Sequence record: MT774390.1
DNA length: 40,000 nucleotides
From: an uncultured phage cr85_1
Direction: 5' to 3' (one strand)
Position 1 is the stretch's first letter; each line of letters opens with the position of its first letter. Positions 15,789 to 24,925 of this stretch are shown piece by piece. A program made the translations under genes and the position numbers. Below the pieces are notes generated by a model. That model was not told where the DNA came from, did no database searches, and was given only the letters and a program-made list of their open reading frames with translations.

Positions 15789-17495
15789 ATGAGTGCAAAA
15801 GGTAAAGAGTTTAAAGTAAATGTATCTACCAACAGAGCTACTGCAATAAGTAGCTCTGCTGGCAGTTACCCTAATGTGTTGTATTTCCCTATAGATGATG
15901 ATAATGTCATCATATTTAATGGGAACATATATGATTGGAATGCAAGTGTAACTTCCCCTAAGTTAATCTCCTCAGGAGACCTGAATACATATAGGGGAAC
16001 TCAATATTTAGGTGTTTATTATGCCAATTATGGCAATAGTATAAGTAATAAACCTTCTGGAGTATCACAGTTTGCATTACATGTGCTCTTGGAGAATAAT
16101 GACTCTTCGACTATACAGGTACTTTATTCAAAAAACAAGATATATACTAGAGCTTATGAGTCATCTTCTTGGTCTTCTTGGACTGAGATTGGTGCAGGAG
16201 GTATAACTTCTATACCTCAAGCTTCTAGTTCAGCATTAGGAGGTATAAAGATAGGGTACTCTGATGGTGGCAGGAATTATGCTGTAGAGTTGGATAGTTC
16301 TGGTAAGGCTTATGTTAATGTACCATGGACAGATACAAATACAATATATAATGTTGCTACTACTAGTGCCAATGGACTTATGAGTTCCAGTGATAAGTCC
16401 AAGCTTAATGGAATCCAAGCAGGTGCAGATGCTGTGTCATTCAGCAGGTCTTTGTCTTCAGGTACAAAGATAGGCACCATCAATATTAATGGTGTCAATA
16501 CTGACATATATGCTCCAACAGCAGGAGAGCCAGTTGAGTATGGAGTAGCTACTTCAACTACACTAGGATTGGTTAGGATTGGGTATCCTGAGAGTGGCAA
16601 GAATTATCCTGTTGAGCTTAATTCCTCAAATCAGATGTATGTCAATGTCCCTTGGACTGACAATAACACAACTTACTCAGCAGGAGCTGGACTTAGTTTA
16701 TCAGGAACAGCTTTCTCCCTAGTGAAGGCAACACCTACTACACTAGGTGGTGTAAAGGTATCCAGCACTGAGATTAGCACAGTATCTACTGTTGCTGCTA
16801 CTATTTTTGGTTCACAGAACAGAATATATCCTGTCCAGCTTGCTTATCCATCAGGTAGTGCAGGAATAGATGGTAATAAGGTACTTTCAGTGTATGTTCC
16901 TTGGGAGAATACTACTTATAGTGTAGTAAGTACCTCAAAGAATGGGTTAGTCAGTATGGATTCTGCATTGGCAGAGCTAGCCTACGAAGATAAGGATGCT
17001 GGTAACCTAGGTTCTCTTGCTAGATTTGGAGAGATGGGCATGTTGGAGGTTTCAACAATTGTGGAAGATGACTTAGCTCTGGTTAATAAGAGTAATAGCT
17101 GGACAGCATATCAGGACTTTAAGTCAGGTGCTGGTAATTCAGGCTCTGATATGAGATTCAAAAGGGAAGTCACATGTATGCCTGATGTGCTGGATAATCT
17201 GATGTCATTAAATGTCATAAAGTATATATGGGAACACCCTGATGAAAATGGTATAAGATGCACTTTTGGTGTGAAAGCTGACCAGCTTCTGTCACTAGGT
17301 GGTGTATATGCTACTATGGTCCACAGCAGAGCTGATAAATATGATACCAAGTGGGTAGAATATGATAGATTTGGTGTGCTGGCAATCAAGGCATTACAGG
17401 AGGTTGTAATGAGGAACAAGCAACTGGAGAGCAGGATAGAATATCTTGAGGATACGATAAATTCTATGAGAAGAGTATGGGAAGAGAATTCATGA
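15789..17495 (+). CDS. Tail fiber/spike with C-terminal S74-type intramolecular chaperone
   Basis: C-terminal SDMRFKREVTCMPDVLDNLMSLNVIKYIWE...FGVKADQLLSLGG...VEYDRFGVLAIKALQEVVMRNKQLESRIEYLE. Confidence 0.8.
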   Translation: MSAKGKEFKVNVSTNRATAISSSAGSYPNVLYFPIDDDNVIIFNGNIYDWNASVTSPKLISSGDLNTYRGTQYLGVYYANYGNSISNKPSGVSQFALHVLLENNDSSTIQVLYSKNKIYTRAYESSSWSSWTEIGAGGITSIPQASSSALGGIKIGYSDGGRNYAVELDSSGKAYVNVPWTDTNTIYNVATTSANGLMSSSDKSKLNGIQAGADAVSFSRSLSSGTKIGTININGVNTDIYAPTAGEPVEYGVATSTTLGLVRIGYPESGKNYPVELNSSNQMYVNVPWTDNNTTYSAGAGLSLSGTAFSLVKATPTTLGGVKVSSTEISTVSTVAATIFGSQNRIYPVQLAYPSGSAGIDGNKVLSVYVPWENTTYSVVSTSKNGLVSMDSALAELAYEDKDAGNLGSLARFGEMGMLEVSTIVEDDLALVNKSNSWTAYQDFKSGAGNSGSDMRFKREVTCMPDVLDNLMSLNVIKYIWEHPDENGIRCTFGVKADQLLSLGGVYATMVHSRADKYDTKWVEYDRFGVLAIKALQEVVMRNKQLESRIEYLEDTINSMRRVWEENS

Positions 17496-18307
17496 CACAA
17501 ATAGAGGCAGTAGAGAAGGTAGGAGGTTCCTTACCTTCTGCTACAAAACGATTTTGTACAGCCTCTTGGCTTGCAGGCCATTCTGGTATATTTGATACCA
17601 ACTCCCTACAAGGGTATGAAGCAAAAGACTTTGTGAGTGAAATGCATATAAAGCCTGCTATAGTAACAACTAAATATGAAATAACAATTCCTGAGGTGAG
17701 GGTTTCTTTTGGATTTGAAAGTGGCACTCCTCAAGGATTTACATATCTTAGTGACTCTGACCAATTATCACAGACTAAGGCAGTCTTATGTGCAGTACCT
17801 GTTGATGGTGGTCAGATTTCTTCAAGTGTATATACTCCTACTAATGGTGGTAGAGATGACAATTATAGTGCACAGTATATGCTATTCTCAGGCATGAAAA
17901 TATCTGTTGTTGCAGGCACCTCACTAGCTAGGTTATACATAGTATTGTATAATGACCAAAATACCATGGTTCAGTATAATAATAAGAGCATTACCAATCT
18001 TATGTCAGGTAACAACATATATAAGCTGGCTAATGCTATTATGAGAAATACTTCTGTTTACAGTAGCCTGTTTAATGGTGCAAATTACACAAAGACACAA
18101 GCAATAGGTGATTCTAATGGTAATGCTACTAATTCTGTGTGGTGTGCTATGCTTCCATTGACAGATGATGGAAAATCTAATGGGAGTTATTCAGTAGGTT
18201 CAAGCATGGAGACACCTCCCACTAATGTCAATTCTAATCAGCAATTATACAACTTCAAGGGTTCTATAGTTTACAACAAATTAAGTTCATTTACTCCAAC
18301 TACATAG
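17492..18307 (+). CDS. Virion-associated/fiber-region protein
   Basis: ORF in fiber cluster; MTQIEAVEKVGGSLPSATKR start overlaps upstream stop (ATGA). Confidence 0.55.
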   Translation: MTQIEAVEKVGGSLPSATKRFCTASWLAGHSGIFDTNSLQGYEAKDFVSEMHIKPAIVTTKYEITIPEVRVSFGFESGTPQGFTYLSDSDQLSQTKAVLCAVPVDGGQISSSVYTPTNGGRDDNYSAQYMLFSGMKISVVAGTSLARLYIVLYNDQNTMVQYNNKSITNLMSGNNIYKLANAIMRNTSVYSSLFNGANYTKTQAIGDSNGNATNSVWCAMLPLTDDGKSNGSYSVGSSMETPPTNVNSNQQLYNFKGSIVYNKLSSFTPTT

Positions 18308-18309
18308 CT

Positions 18310-18924
18310 ATGAGAAAGATATTAGTAAGTATTATATCAGTGATTATGCTGGCTTCCATATCCTGTTCCATGTATTACTGCAATGGGTATAAGAAAATAT
18401 CTGATGAGTTGGCTGTTGCAGTGAATAACAATAAGGCATACTCCTTGGAGAACAGTTCCCTGAAGAAGGAAAATAGAGTGTATAAGCTAACTGCTGAGCA
18501 GCTTGAGTATTACAGTGATTCCATTACTGTTGAAATGGACAGGATTAGAAAGGAGTTGAAGATAAAGGATAAGGATTTGCAATACTTACAATATCTGTTA
18601 TCTACATCAGAAAGGATAGATACTGTTACTTTCCAAGATACCATATTCAGTGAAACAACATTTCATGTTGATACTCTGATTGGGGATAAATGGTATCAGT
18701 TGAAGCTGGGAATGAAATTTCCCAATGTCATTGCAGTGCATCCTAAATTTGTAAGTGAGAAATACATAGTTACACATAGCAAGAAAGAGACTGTAAATCC
18801 TCCTAAGAAATTTTTTCTGTTTAGATGGTTTCAGAAGAAACATAGAGTAGTGGAAGTTACTATTGTGGAAAATAGTCCTTATGTGAATAATAAGCAGCAA
18901 AAATTTATTGAAATAATTAAATGA
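18310..18924 (+). CDS. Spanin/Rz-like membrane protein (putative)
   Basis: N-terminal hydrophobic segment with Cys, coiled coil, adjacent to holin-like gene. Confidence 0.5.
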   Translation: MRKILVSIISVIMLASISCSMYYCNGYKKISDELAVAVNNNKAYSLENSSLKKENRVYKLTAEQLEYYSDSITVEMDRIRKELKIKDKDLQYLQYLLSTSERIDTVTFQDTIFSETTFHVDTLIGDKWYQLKLGMKFPNVIAVHPKFVSEKYIVTHSKKETVNPPKKFFLFRWFQKKHRVVEVTIVENSPYVNNKQQKFIEIIK

Positions 18925-18925
18925 C

Positions 18926-19306
18926 ATGATTGACCTAGGTATATTAATTACTGGAGGAGTAGGGATAATAACCACAGTAATCAGTGGTTGGACTTCTTGG
19001 TTCTTTGCAAGAAGAAAGTATAATAGTGAGGTAGATAATAACCTCATAGAGAACATGCAGCAGTCTTTGGAGTTTTATAAGAAGTTGTCTGACGACAACA
19101 AGAACAGGCTTGACGAGGTTCTTAAAAGAAATGCAGAGCTGGAACAGGAGATAAGGGATTTAAGGAAGCAGATGTTCAGTCTCATGAACTCCATCTGTAC
19201 TGACCTTACTTGTCAGTTGAGGAAAAGAAACTTGAATTTATTTAATGAGCAAAATGGAACTGATAGTAGACAGGAAATGGAAGAAACAGAGTTACACGAT
19301 AAGTAA
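18926..19306 (+). CDS. Holin-like single-TM protein (putative)
   Basis: DLGILITGGVGIITTVISGWTSWFFARRKYN then coiled coil. Confidence 0.55.
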   Translation: MIDLGILITGGVGIITTVISGWTSWFFARRKYNSEVDNNLIENMQQSLEFYKKLSDDNKNRLDEVLKRNAELEQEIRDLRKQMFSLMNSICTDLTCQLRKRNLNLFNEQNGTDSRQEMEETELHDK

Positions 19307-19718
19307 CCTACTTGTAGATGGGAAGTGGTTCTGTAATGTACTTGAAGACACTGATAGAGGATTAGATGACAGCATGAGTGTCGCTAAAATCAAATCCTTA
19401 AAGAAATCAGGCATTACAGCAATCCCTAGTGGAACTTATGATGTAACTTTAGATGTATATAGCCCTAAGTTTGGGCCTAAATCTTTCTACAAAGAAACAT
19501 GCAATGGCAAATTACCCAGACTTCTTAATGTAAAGGGGTTTGATGGTATCCTTATACATGCAGGTAATACAGATAAGGATACTTCGGGATGTCTCTTGGT
19601 AGGTGTAAACTCTGAAGTTGGTAAGGTTCTGAATAGTCAGGATACATTCAGGAAGCTATATAAGCTACTTCAAGAGGGCAAGAATAGAGGTGAGAAAATA
19701 ACCATAAAAATTCTATGA
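19245..19718 (+). CDS. DUF5675-like lysis-associated protein
   Basis: NLLVDGKWFCNVLEDTDRGLDD...AIPSGTYDVTLD...FDGILIHAGNTDKDTSGCLLVG. Confidence 0.75.
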   Translation: MSKMELIVDRKWKKQSYTISNLLVDGKWFCNVLEDTDRGLDDSMSVAKIKSLKKSGITAIPSGTYDVTLDVYSPKFGPKSFYKETCNGKLPRLLNVKGFDGILIHAGNTDKDTSGCLLVGVNSEVGKVLNSQDTFRKLYKLLQEGKNRGEKITIKIL

Positions 19719-19769
19719 TATGGCAAAGAAGTGTGGTTGCAAAGGAAAAGGTAAGAACAATAGAGGTAA

Positions 19770-20031
19770 ATGATTATGGATGCAAGAATAGTTTCAAATC
19801 AAGTTATAAATAGCCTTCAAATATCTGTACTGAAGGAGGTGCCTTCAGGGGAACTTCAATCCCGGAGTCAACTTCCTACTGAAGAATATATCTGATGATG
19901 ATGTGGAGGTTACTATAATTCCAGCAGGACAAAAGGATAGCATAAAGACTATTCTAGGTGTTGGATGGAATCCAGAGATATGTAAAGGTGTTATAAATGC
20001 TCCTTCAGGAGTTCTTCAATATGGATATTAA
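19770..20031 (+). pseudogene. Frame-disrupted small gene
   Basis: ATG frame MIMDARIVSNQVINSLQIS... and a different frame NPGVNFLLKNISDDDVEVTIIPAGQKDSIKTILGVGWNPEICKGVINAPSGVLQYGY* both look protein-like but are not in one frame. Confidence 0.5.
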
Positions 20032-20034
20032 AAT

Positions 20035-22131
20035 ATGGCAACAGCAATTATAGGTACATTAAAGCATCTTCCTAAGGCATCAATACTGCCTACTTTACCA
20101 GAGACAGGTAGACCTAACAGGATATATTTTATCCCCAATGAAGACCCTACAGAAGATAATAGGTATAATGAATATCTATGGGTAAAGGATGAGACTTATC
20201 CTGATGGCCATTGGGAGCTTGTTGGCCCTACCACAATAGACCTGACTGATTATGCCACTAAGGAAGAGGTAAGTGATTTGAAAGACTCCATAGGTGAGCA
20301 AATAAAGAAGTATTTGCCCTTATCAGGAGGTACAATGGATAAGGGCAGCAACATATCCTTCCCATTAGATAGTGGGAGTACTGTGTATAATGGTTCTGGA
20401 ATATCAGTGGGTGGCAAAGCCAGTACTGACATCCTACATGCAGCAGGAGGCACTACTAAAATCAAGACCTTGAATGGAGAATCTATGTTAGGAGAAGGTA
20501 ATATTGTAATAGACCCTTCAAGTGTTCCAGTATCTTTAAGCTGGTATAATAGGACTAGCAGTCAGCAGGATGCCACAATAAACCTGACAATTGGAGATAC
20601 CACAGTAAACCTATTCCCTAATATATTCAAATTATTTAAGGCTGGTAAAGTTTCCACTTCCGAGTCCCTTAGTATAGAACTTACTGCTAATCCTGGGGTA
20701 AGTGGGGTACCACAAGTTCCTACCTCATTATGCCAGTGGAGCATACCTTTGGCTGACAGTAATACCGCAGGTATTATATCAAGTGAGGATAAGGCTAAGT
20801 TAGATAACCTATCTGACCCAAAGAATTTGCTAGCTTATGGTGTGGAATGGGATTCTACCAACAGTAGCCCTGTACTTACTAGAATAGGTAACATGAGCCT
20901 GCATAAGTCTCTCCCAATACAATCAGCATTAAGAGGATGTGTATGCCAAGGTAAAAGGATAATGTATTATTTGGACCCAAATGACTGGTCTAAGAAAGCA
21001 GATGGTACAGATTCCAGATTGGATGGATATGATGGTACTGTACAGGTAGAAGTACCTGAATTTTATTTGTGGTCTGAAACGGAAGGAACCAAATCCAGAG
21101 TATATGTGTCTACCCAAAAAGTAGTTCCTTATGCTATAAGGATTCCTCATATGTTGGTAGATGCTTATAGGAGTACTGTACTTAATGAAGTGCCTGAGGA
21201 TATGGGCTATTTATCTACACTTCAAGTAAATAGTGCTATTTCAGTTGTAAATACCTCTTCTTATTGTAGAGGAGGAAATAATAGCTCTAGCAGTGATACC
21301 TACTTGGAATCGGATAAATTCAGGACTAATTTAGGAAAACCTAGAACAAACACTAGTAGGGCAAACTTCAGAACTTATGCCAAAAATGCTGGCAAGATGT
21401 TGCTTACTTATGAGTACTACAAATCAATATTCTATTGGTTGTATGTTATAGAATATGCAAACTTCAATAGTCAGGCAAACTATGTTGAAGATTTGACTGA
21501 AGATGGATATAGACAGGGAGGGCTTGGCAATGGAGTTACTACTTGGAGTGATACTGTTTGGAATACTTATAATGGCAGATGCCCAATAACTCCATGTGGG
21601 TATTGTAATGAGTTTGGTAACTTTACTGGAATTAAGGACTTGGTAATTCCTGCTTCAGATGGTATCAGTACCGTAACTTTCAAAGTACCAAGGTGGAGAG
21701 GATTTGATAACGTGTTTGGAGATATTTGGACTAATCTGGATGGTATCCTAATAGATACTCCTGTCGGTGCCAGTGAGTCCACACCAAACTATGTGTATAT
21801 TATAAATGACCCTGATAAGTTCACTGATACTTTGTCAGATGCACCTACCAATGCGGATAGAGTAGTAGTATCAGGACATACAGGAGGGTATATTACAAAG
21901 TGGGCATTAGGGGAGTATGCAGATATAATACCTGTTAGTGTTGGCGGTTCTGCAACTACTTATATGTGTGACCGTTACTGGGTAGATTACGATGATACTC
22001 AGAATACGCTACTGGTTGGTGGCAGGGCTGGTTATGGTTCTACTGCTGGCTTGGCTGGCTTCCTTTCTTCTTCTGGTTCGGGTTTTGTTGTTACCCATGT
22101 CGGCTTTAGGTGCTTAACACTGATAAGCTGA
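20035..22131 (+). CDS. DGR target-type fiber/receptor-binding protein
   Basis: C-terminus LLVGGRAGYGSTAGLAGFLSSSGSGFVVTHVGFRCLTLIS is the typical C-type-lectin-fold variable region ending in GFRC. Confidence 0.85.
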   Translation: MATAIIGTLKHLPKASILPTLPETGRPNRIYFIPNEDPTEDNRYNEYLWVKDETYPDGHWELVGPTTIDLTDYATKEEVSDLKDSIGEQIKKYLPLSGGTMDKGSNISFPLDSGSTVYNGSGISVGGKASTDILHAAGGTTKIKTLNGESMLGEGNIVIDPSSVPVSLSWYNRTSSQQDATINLTIGDTTVNLFPNIFKLFKAGKVSTSESLSIELTANPGVSGVPQVPTSLCQWSIPLADSNTAGIISSEDKAKLDNLSDPKNLLAYGVEWDSTNSSPVLTRIGNMSLHKSLPIQSALRGCVCQGKRIMYYLDPNDWSKKADGTDSRLDGYDGTVQVEVPEFYLWSETEGTKSRVYVSTQKVVPYAIRIPHMLVDAYRSTVLNEVPEDMGYLSTLQVNSAISVVNTSSYCRGGNNSSSSDTYLESDKFRTNLGKPRTNTSRANFRTYAKNAGKMLLTYEYYKSIFYWLYVIEYANFNSQANYVEDLTEDGYRQGGLGNGVTTWSDTVWNTYNGRCPITPCGYCNEFGNFTGIKDLVIPASDGISTVTFKVPRWRGFDNVFGDIWTNLDGILIDTPVGASESTPNYVYIINDPDKFTDTLSDAPTNADRVVVSGHTGGYITKWALGEYADIIPVSVGGSATTYMCDRYWVDYDDTQNTLLVGGRAGYGSTAGLAGFLSSSGSGFVVTHVGFRCLTLIS
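22007..22116 (+). other. DGR variable region (VR)
   Basis: Positions 22021-22110 contain only 6 A in 90 nt on the sense strand, immediately before GGCTTTAGGTGC (GFRC), in an A-rich genome. Confidence 0.75.
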
Positions 22132-22153
22132 TTTGATAAAGAAAAGAAAATCA

Positions 22154-22672
22154 TAGTTTCACTTGGATATTACCAAGTTTTATCCATCAATAGACCATAA
22201 CATATTGAAATCCATAATTTCTCGTAAGATAAAGGACACTAAGGTGCTTGAGATTCTGTATGAGATTATAGATTCAGTGAACGGAATTAATGGGATATAT
22301 GGTAAAGGAGTTCCTATTGGTAATTACCTATCCCAATACTTTGCAAACTTGTATCTGACAGGTTTTGACCATTGGTGTAAAGAGGAATTAAAGTGCAGGT
22401 ATTACTATAGATATGCAGATGATATAGTAATATTAGGTGAGTCAAAGGCTCACTTAAGGAATGTGCTTGTTGCCATAAAGTTGTATCTTAAACATGTATT
22501 GAAACTTGGTGTAAAAGGGAACTATCAGATATTCCCAATGGAATAGATAACCTAAGGAAATATATAGAACAAAGAATTAAGTTGGTCTAAGAAAGTTCTG
22601 GATGACTTTGTCAAGAAGAGTAGAAGTACTCAAGGATTGCTTAATAGCTTTGGTGGAATTTATTGAAGTAAT
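22154..22672 (+). pseudogene. Truncated DGR reverse transcriptase
   Basis: LDITKFYPSIDH (motif 3), GVPIGNYLSQYFANLYL (motif 4), RYYYRYADDIVILG (motif 5) present; in-frame TAG at 22154 removes the N-terminus and the frame breaks after NYQIFPME. Confidence 0.85.
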
Positions 22673-22686
22673 TAGGAGAAGAAGAT

Positions 22687-23028
22687 ATGATAACTCAAAG
22701 AAAGACTATAATACCCATATTCAATTATAAGCTTACCATAGTTATATTTGATAGATGGGAAGAGTTGGAAGGAAGTATACCTCAGGATGAAATGGATACA
22801 GAAGCAAATGCTATTACCATAAGTGCATATGGAGCATCCTTAGTAGCTGTTAATTCAAGAAGAGGAAGTAGCATAGTCCATGAGGCTGAGCATATAAAGA
22901 ATCATATATGGCAGTATATAGGATACACCCCTCAGAGAGATAATGATGAGGTGGATGCATACTTGCTGACTTACATATATGATAAGATAACACAAGTATT
23001 TTATAAGCATAAAGACAATAAGGAGTAA
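22687..23028 (+). CDS. Putative zinc metallopeptidase-like protein
   Basis: SIVHEAEHIKNHIWQYIGYTPQRDNDEVDAYLLTYI: HExxH-like pattern (HEAEH) followed by an E-containing helix. Confidence 0.6.
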   Translation: MITQRKTIIPIFNYKLTIVIFDRWEELEGSIPQDEMDTEANAITISAYGASLVAVNSRRGSSIVHEAEHIKNHIWQYIGYTPQRDNDEVDAYLLTYIYDKITQVFYKHKDNKE

Positions 23029-23034
23029 TATAGC

Positions 23035-23063
23035 AGGAGGTAATTATTACCTCCTTTTTTTTT
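23035..23063 (+). terminator. Rho-independent terminator
   Basis: AGGAGGTAA-TTA-TTACCTCCT followed by a T run. Confidence 0.9.
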
Positions 23064-23082
23064 GTACATATGTTACTAAGTT

Positions 23083-23117
23083 AAAGCCCTGTATATTAAT
23101 CATATATACAGGGCTTT
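23083..23117 (+). terminator. Second perfect hairpin in same intergenic region
   Basis: AAAGCCCTGTATAT / ATATACAGGGCTTT, 14 bp perfect, 7-nt loop. Confidence 0.75.
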
Positions 23118-23124
23118 AGTATTG

Positions 23125-23157
23125 TTGTGCTTCTTGGATAATAGCTAGTATCTTTGC
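23125..23157 (+). promoter_or_regulatory. Bacteroidetes-type promoter (P5, spacer 21)
   Basis: TTG (23125-23127), 21 nt, TA-tc-TTTG-C (23149-23157). Confidence 0.65.
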
Positions 23158-23204
23158 ATAGTAAGCTTACATGATAAACAATAATTAATTTCAAAATTGC
23201 CACT

Positions 23205-23984
23205 ATGGAGATAATTGAGAAGCAAGTAGAGAAGGTAAAGGAAGTACCTGCTGATAATTATGGATATAATTATGGTAGGAGAGACATCAATGGCAAAGCA
23301 AATGCAGGTCTGACTCTAGGTATTATAGGTACTGCTCTTGGTGCTTGGGCATTATTTGGTGGAAGAAGAAGTGCCAGTCTGTTGGGAGGAACAGGAACTG
23401 GGAGTGGTGCAGATGCTAATATAGCAATAGCTACTTGTGGTGGTTCTGCAAATGGAGTAAATGCTCCTACTGCATTCCAAGCATGGGAAAAAGAGTGTGA
23501 GGATACACTTGCTTTGCAAGCAGGTATCTATAACTTGGCCATGACATATCAGAACAACAGATTTGCTGATAGACAACAGCTTAATAGTGAGTTGTTTAGT
23601 GCATGGAAGTCTCAAATAGATGCAGACTTTGGCCTGTATAAGTCTACAAGAGACGGATTTGATGTGCTATCTGCAAAGCAGAATCAGGATGCCTTCAATC
23701 TGTATAAGTCTCAGAGAGATTCTGACGATGAAATCAGAAAGGAATTAAGTGACCTTAAGGCTCAGGTAGCTATCAATGCTGCTGTAAGACCTTACCAAGA
23801 TAAGCTTATCCAATGTGAAATTGATAAAGCCTTTACTGCTGGTATTAACTATACTGACAGAAAGACTTGCAAGGCTATCTATGGTGAAGTATGTCTGCCT
23901 AACACTCCAGTGGTAACTGGATATGTTGGTGCAAACCAATGTGGTTGTCCAAGAGTGGTAACTGGTACTACTCCAACTGCATAA
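23205..23984 (+). CDS. Conserved crAss-like structural-region protein
   Basis: VKEVPADNYGYNYGRRD..., hydrophobic segment, helical region, Cys-rich C-terminus. Confidence 0.65.
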   Translation: MEIIEKQVEKVKEVPADNYGYNYGRRDINGKANAGLTLGIIGTALGAWALFGGRRSASLLGGTGTGSGADANIAIATCGGSANGVNAPTAFQAWEKECEDTLALQAGIYNLAMTYQNNRFADRQQLNSELFSAWKSQIDADFGLYKSTRDGFDVLSAKQNQDAFNLYKSQRDSDDEIRKELSDLKAQVAINAAVRPYQDKLIQCEIDKAFTAGINYTDRKTCKAIYGEVCLPNTPVVTGYVGANQCGCPRVVTGTTPTA

Positions 23985-24037
23985 AGTAAGGGGGCATTCC
24001 CCTTACTTTTTAGTACTAATCTCAAAATTATGTGATT

Positions 24038-24538
24038 ATGGTTCCAATAAATCAAGTCATATTAGGAGGAGACCCTCTGCTAGGCAGTAGTATGGTGGGT
24101 AATAGTCTTGATGAACAATTACAGCTTATTGAAAAGTATAAGCAAAACCTTGAAGCAGCAAAACAACTTAGACAACAAGTACAGCCAGTGCAACAACCTG
24201 CACAGCATAGGATGATATGGGATGACATAGATGCAGAGATAAACCCTATGTCAGATGAGCAGAAATCAAGACTGCTGCAAGACGAGGATTATGTAGATAC
24301 CTATACTAGGATACAGGATATGGTTCAGGCAGAAATTCTATCCCTTGTGAAAGGCAGGATTGAAGCCACCCCTGAGGGTAAGGAGCTTCTTCAGAGGCAA
24401 TTGAAGATAGTGAGAAGCCTGAAGAGTAAAATCATTCAGGATACTAATAGGGAAATGGAGATGTTCAGGAAGTTCAGAGAATTTAGTAAGGCACATCCTG
24501 AGGTAACTTATGATGAATTTATTAAAGCAAATATGTAG
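24038..24538 (+). CDS. Hypothetical coiled-coil protein
   Basis: ORF, Gln-rich region, tightly linked to neighbours; ATG 24038 preferred to the GTG of the track. Confidence 0.65.
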   Translation: MVPINQVILGGDPLLGSSMVGNSLDEQLQLIEKYKQNLEAAKQLRQQVQPVQQPAQHRMIWDDIDAEINPMSDEQKSRLLQDEDYVDTYTRIQDMVQAEILSLVKGRIEATPEGKELLQRQLKIVRSLKSKIIQDTNREMEMFRKFREFSKAHPEVTYDEFIKANM

Positions 24539-24540
24539 CT

Positions 24541-24921
24541 ATGGTAACTATCATGCAATTAACTGACAATTTAAAGTCTTATATTTCATCACAGTTGGAG
24601 TCCATGTCTAAGTCCAGCCCTGTAATCGGGTTTATGAAACCTCTTATTACAAGAGCACTGGATAAGAACTTCAGCAAGATAACCAAGGCTTTGGAACTTA
24701 TAGCAGACAAAGACGGTAATGTAGATGTTGAAGGAATCCTTACTGAGATGATGGAGAATCTGATGACCACTAATCCATTCTCCTTCAAGACCTCATTTAT
24801 TGGAGACATAGAAATAGGTGGTGGACAAATCAAGTTCAACTTGCCTTTGACAAACAAGAGATTGGTATTAAATATGTCGGATTTGGAAGCTTTCAAGGAA
24901 ACATTAATTACTAAAAATTAG
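24541..24921 (+). CDS. Hypothetical protein
   Basis: 126-aa ORF in operon. Confidence 0.65.
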   Translation: MVTIMQLTDNLKSYISSQLESMSKSSPVIGFMKPLITRALDKNFSKITKALELIADKDGNVDVEGILTEMMENLMTTNPFSFKTSFIGDIEIGGGQIKFNLPLTNKRLVLNMSDLEAFKETLITKN

Positions 24922-24925
24922 AAGT

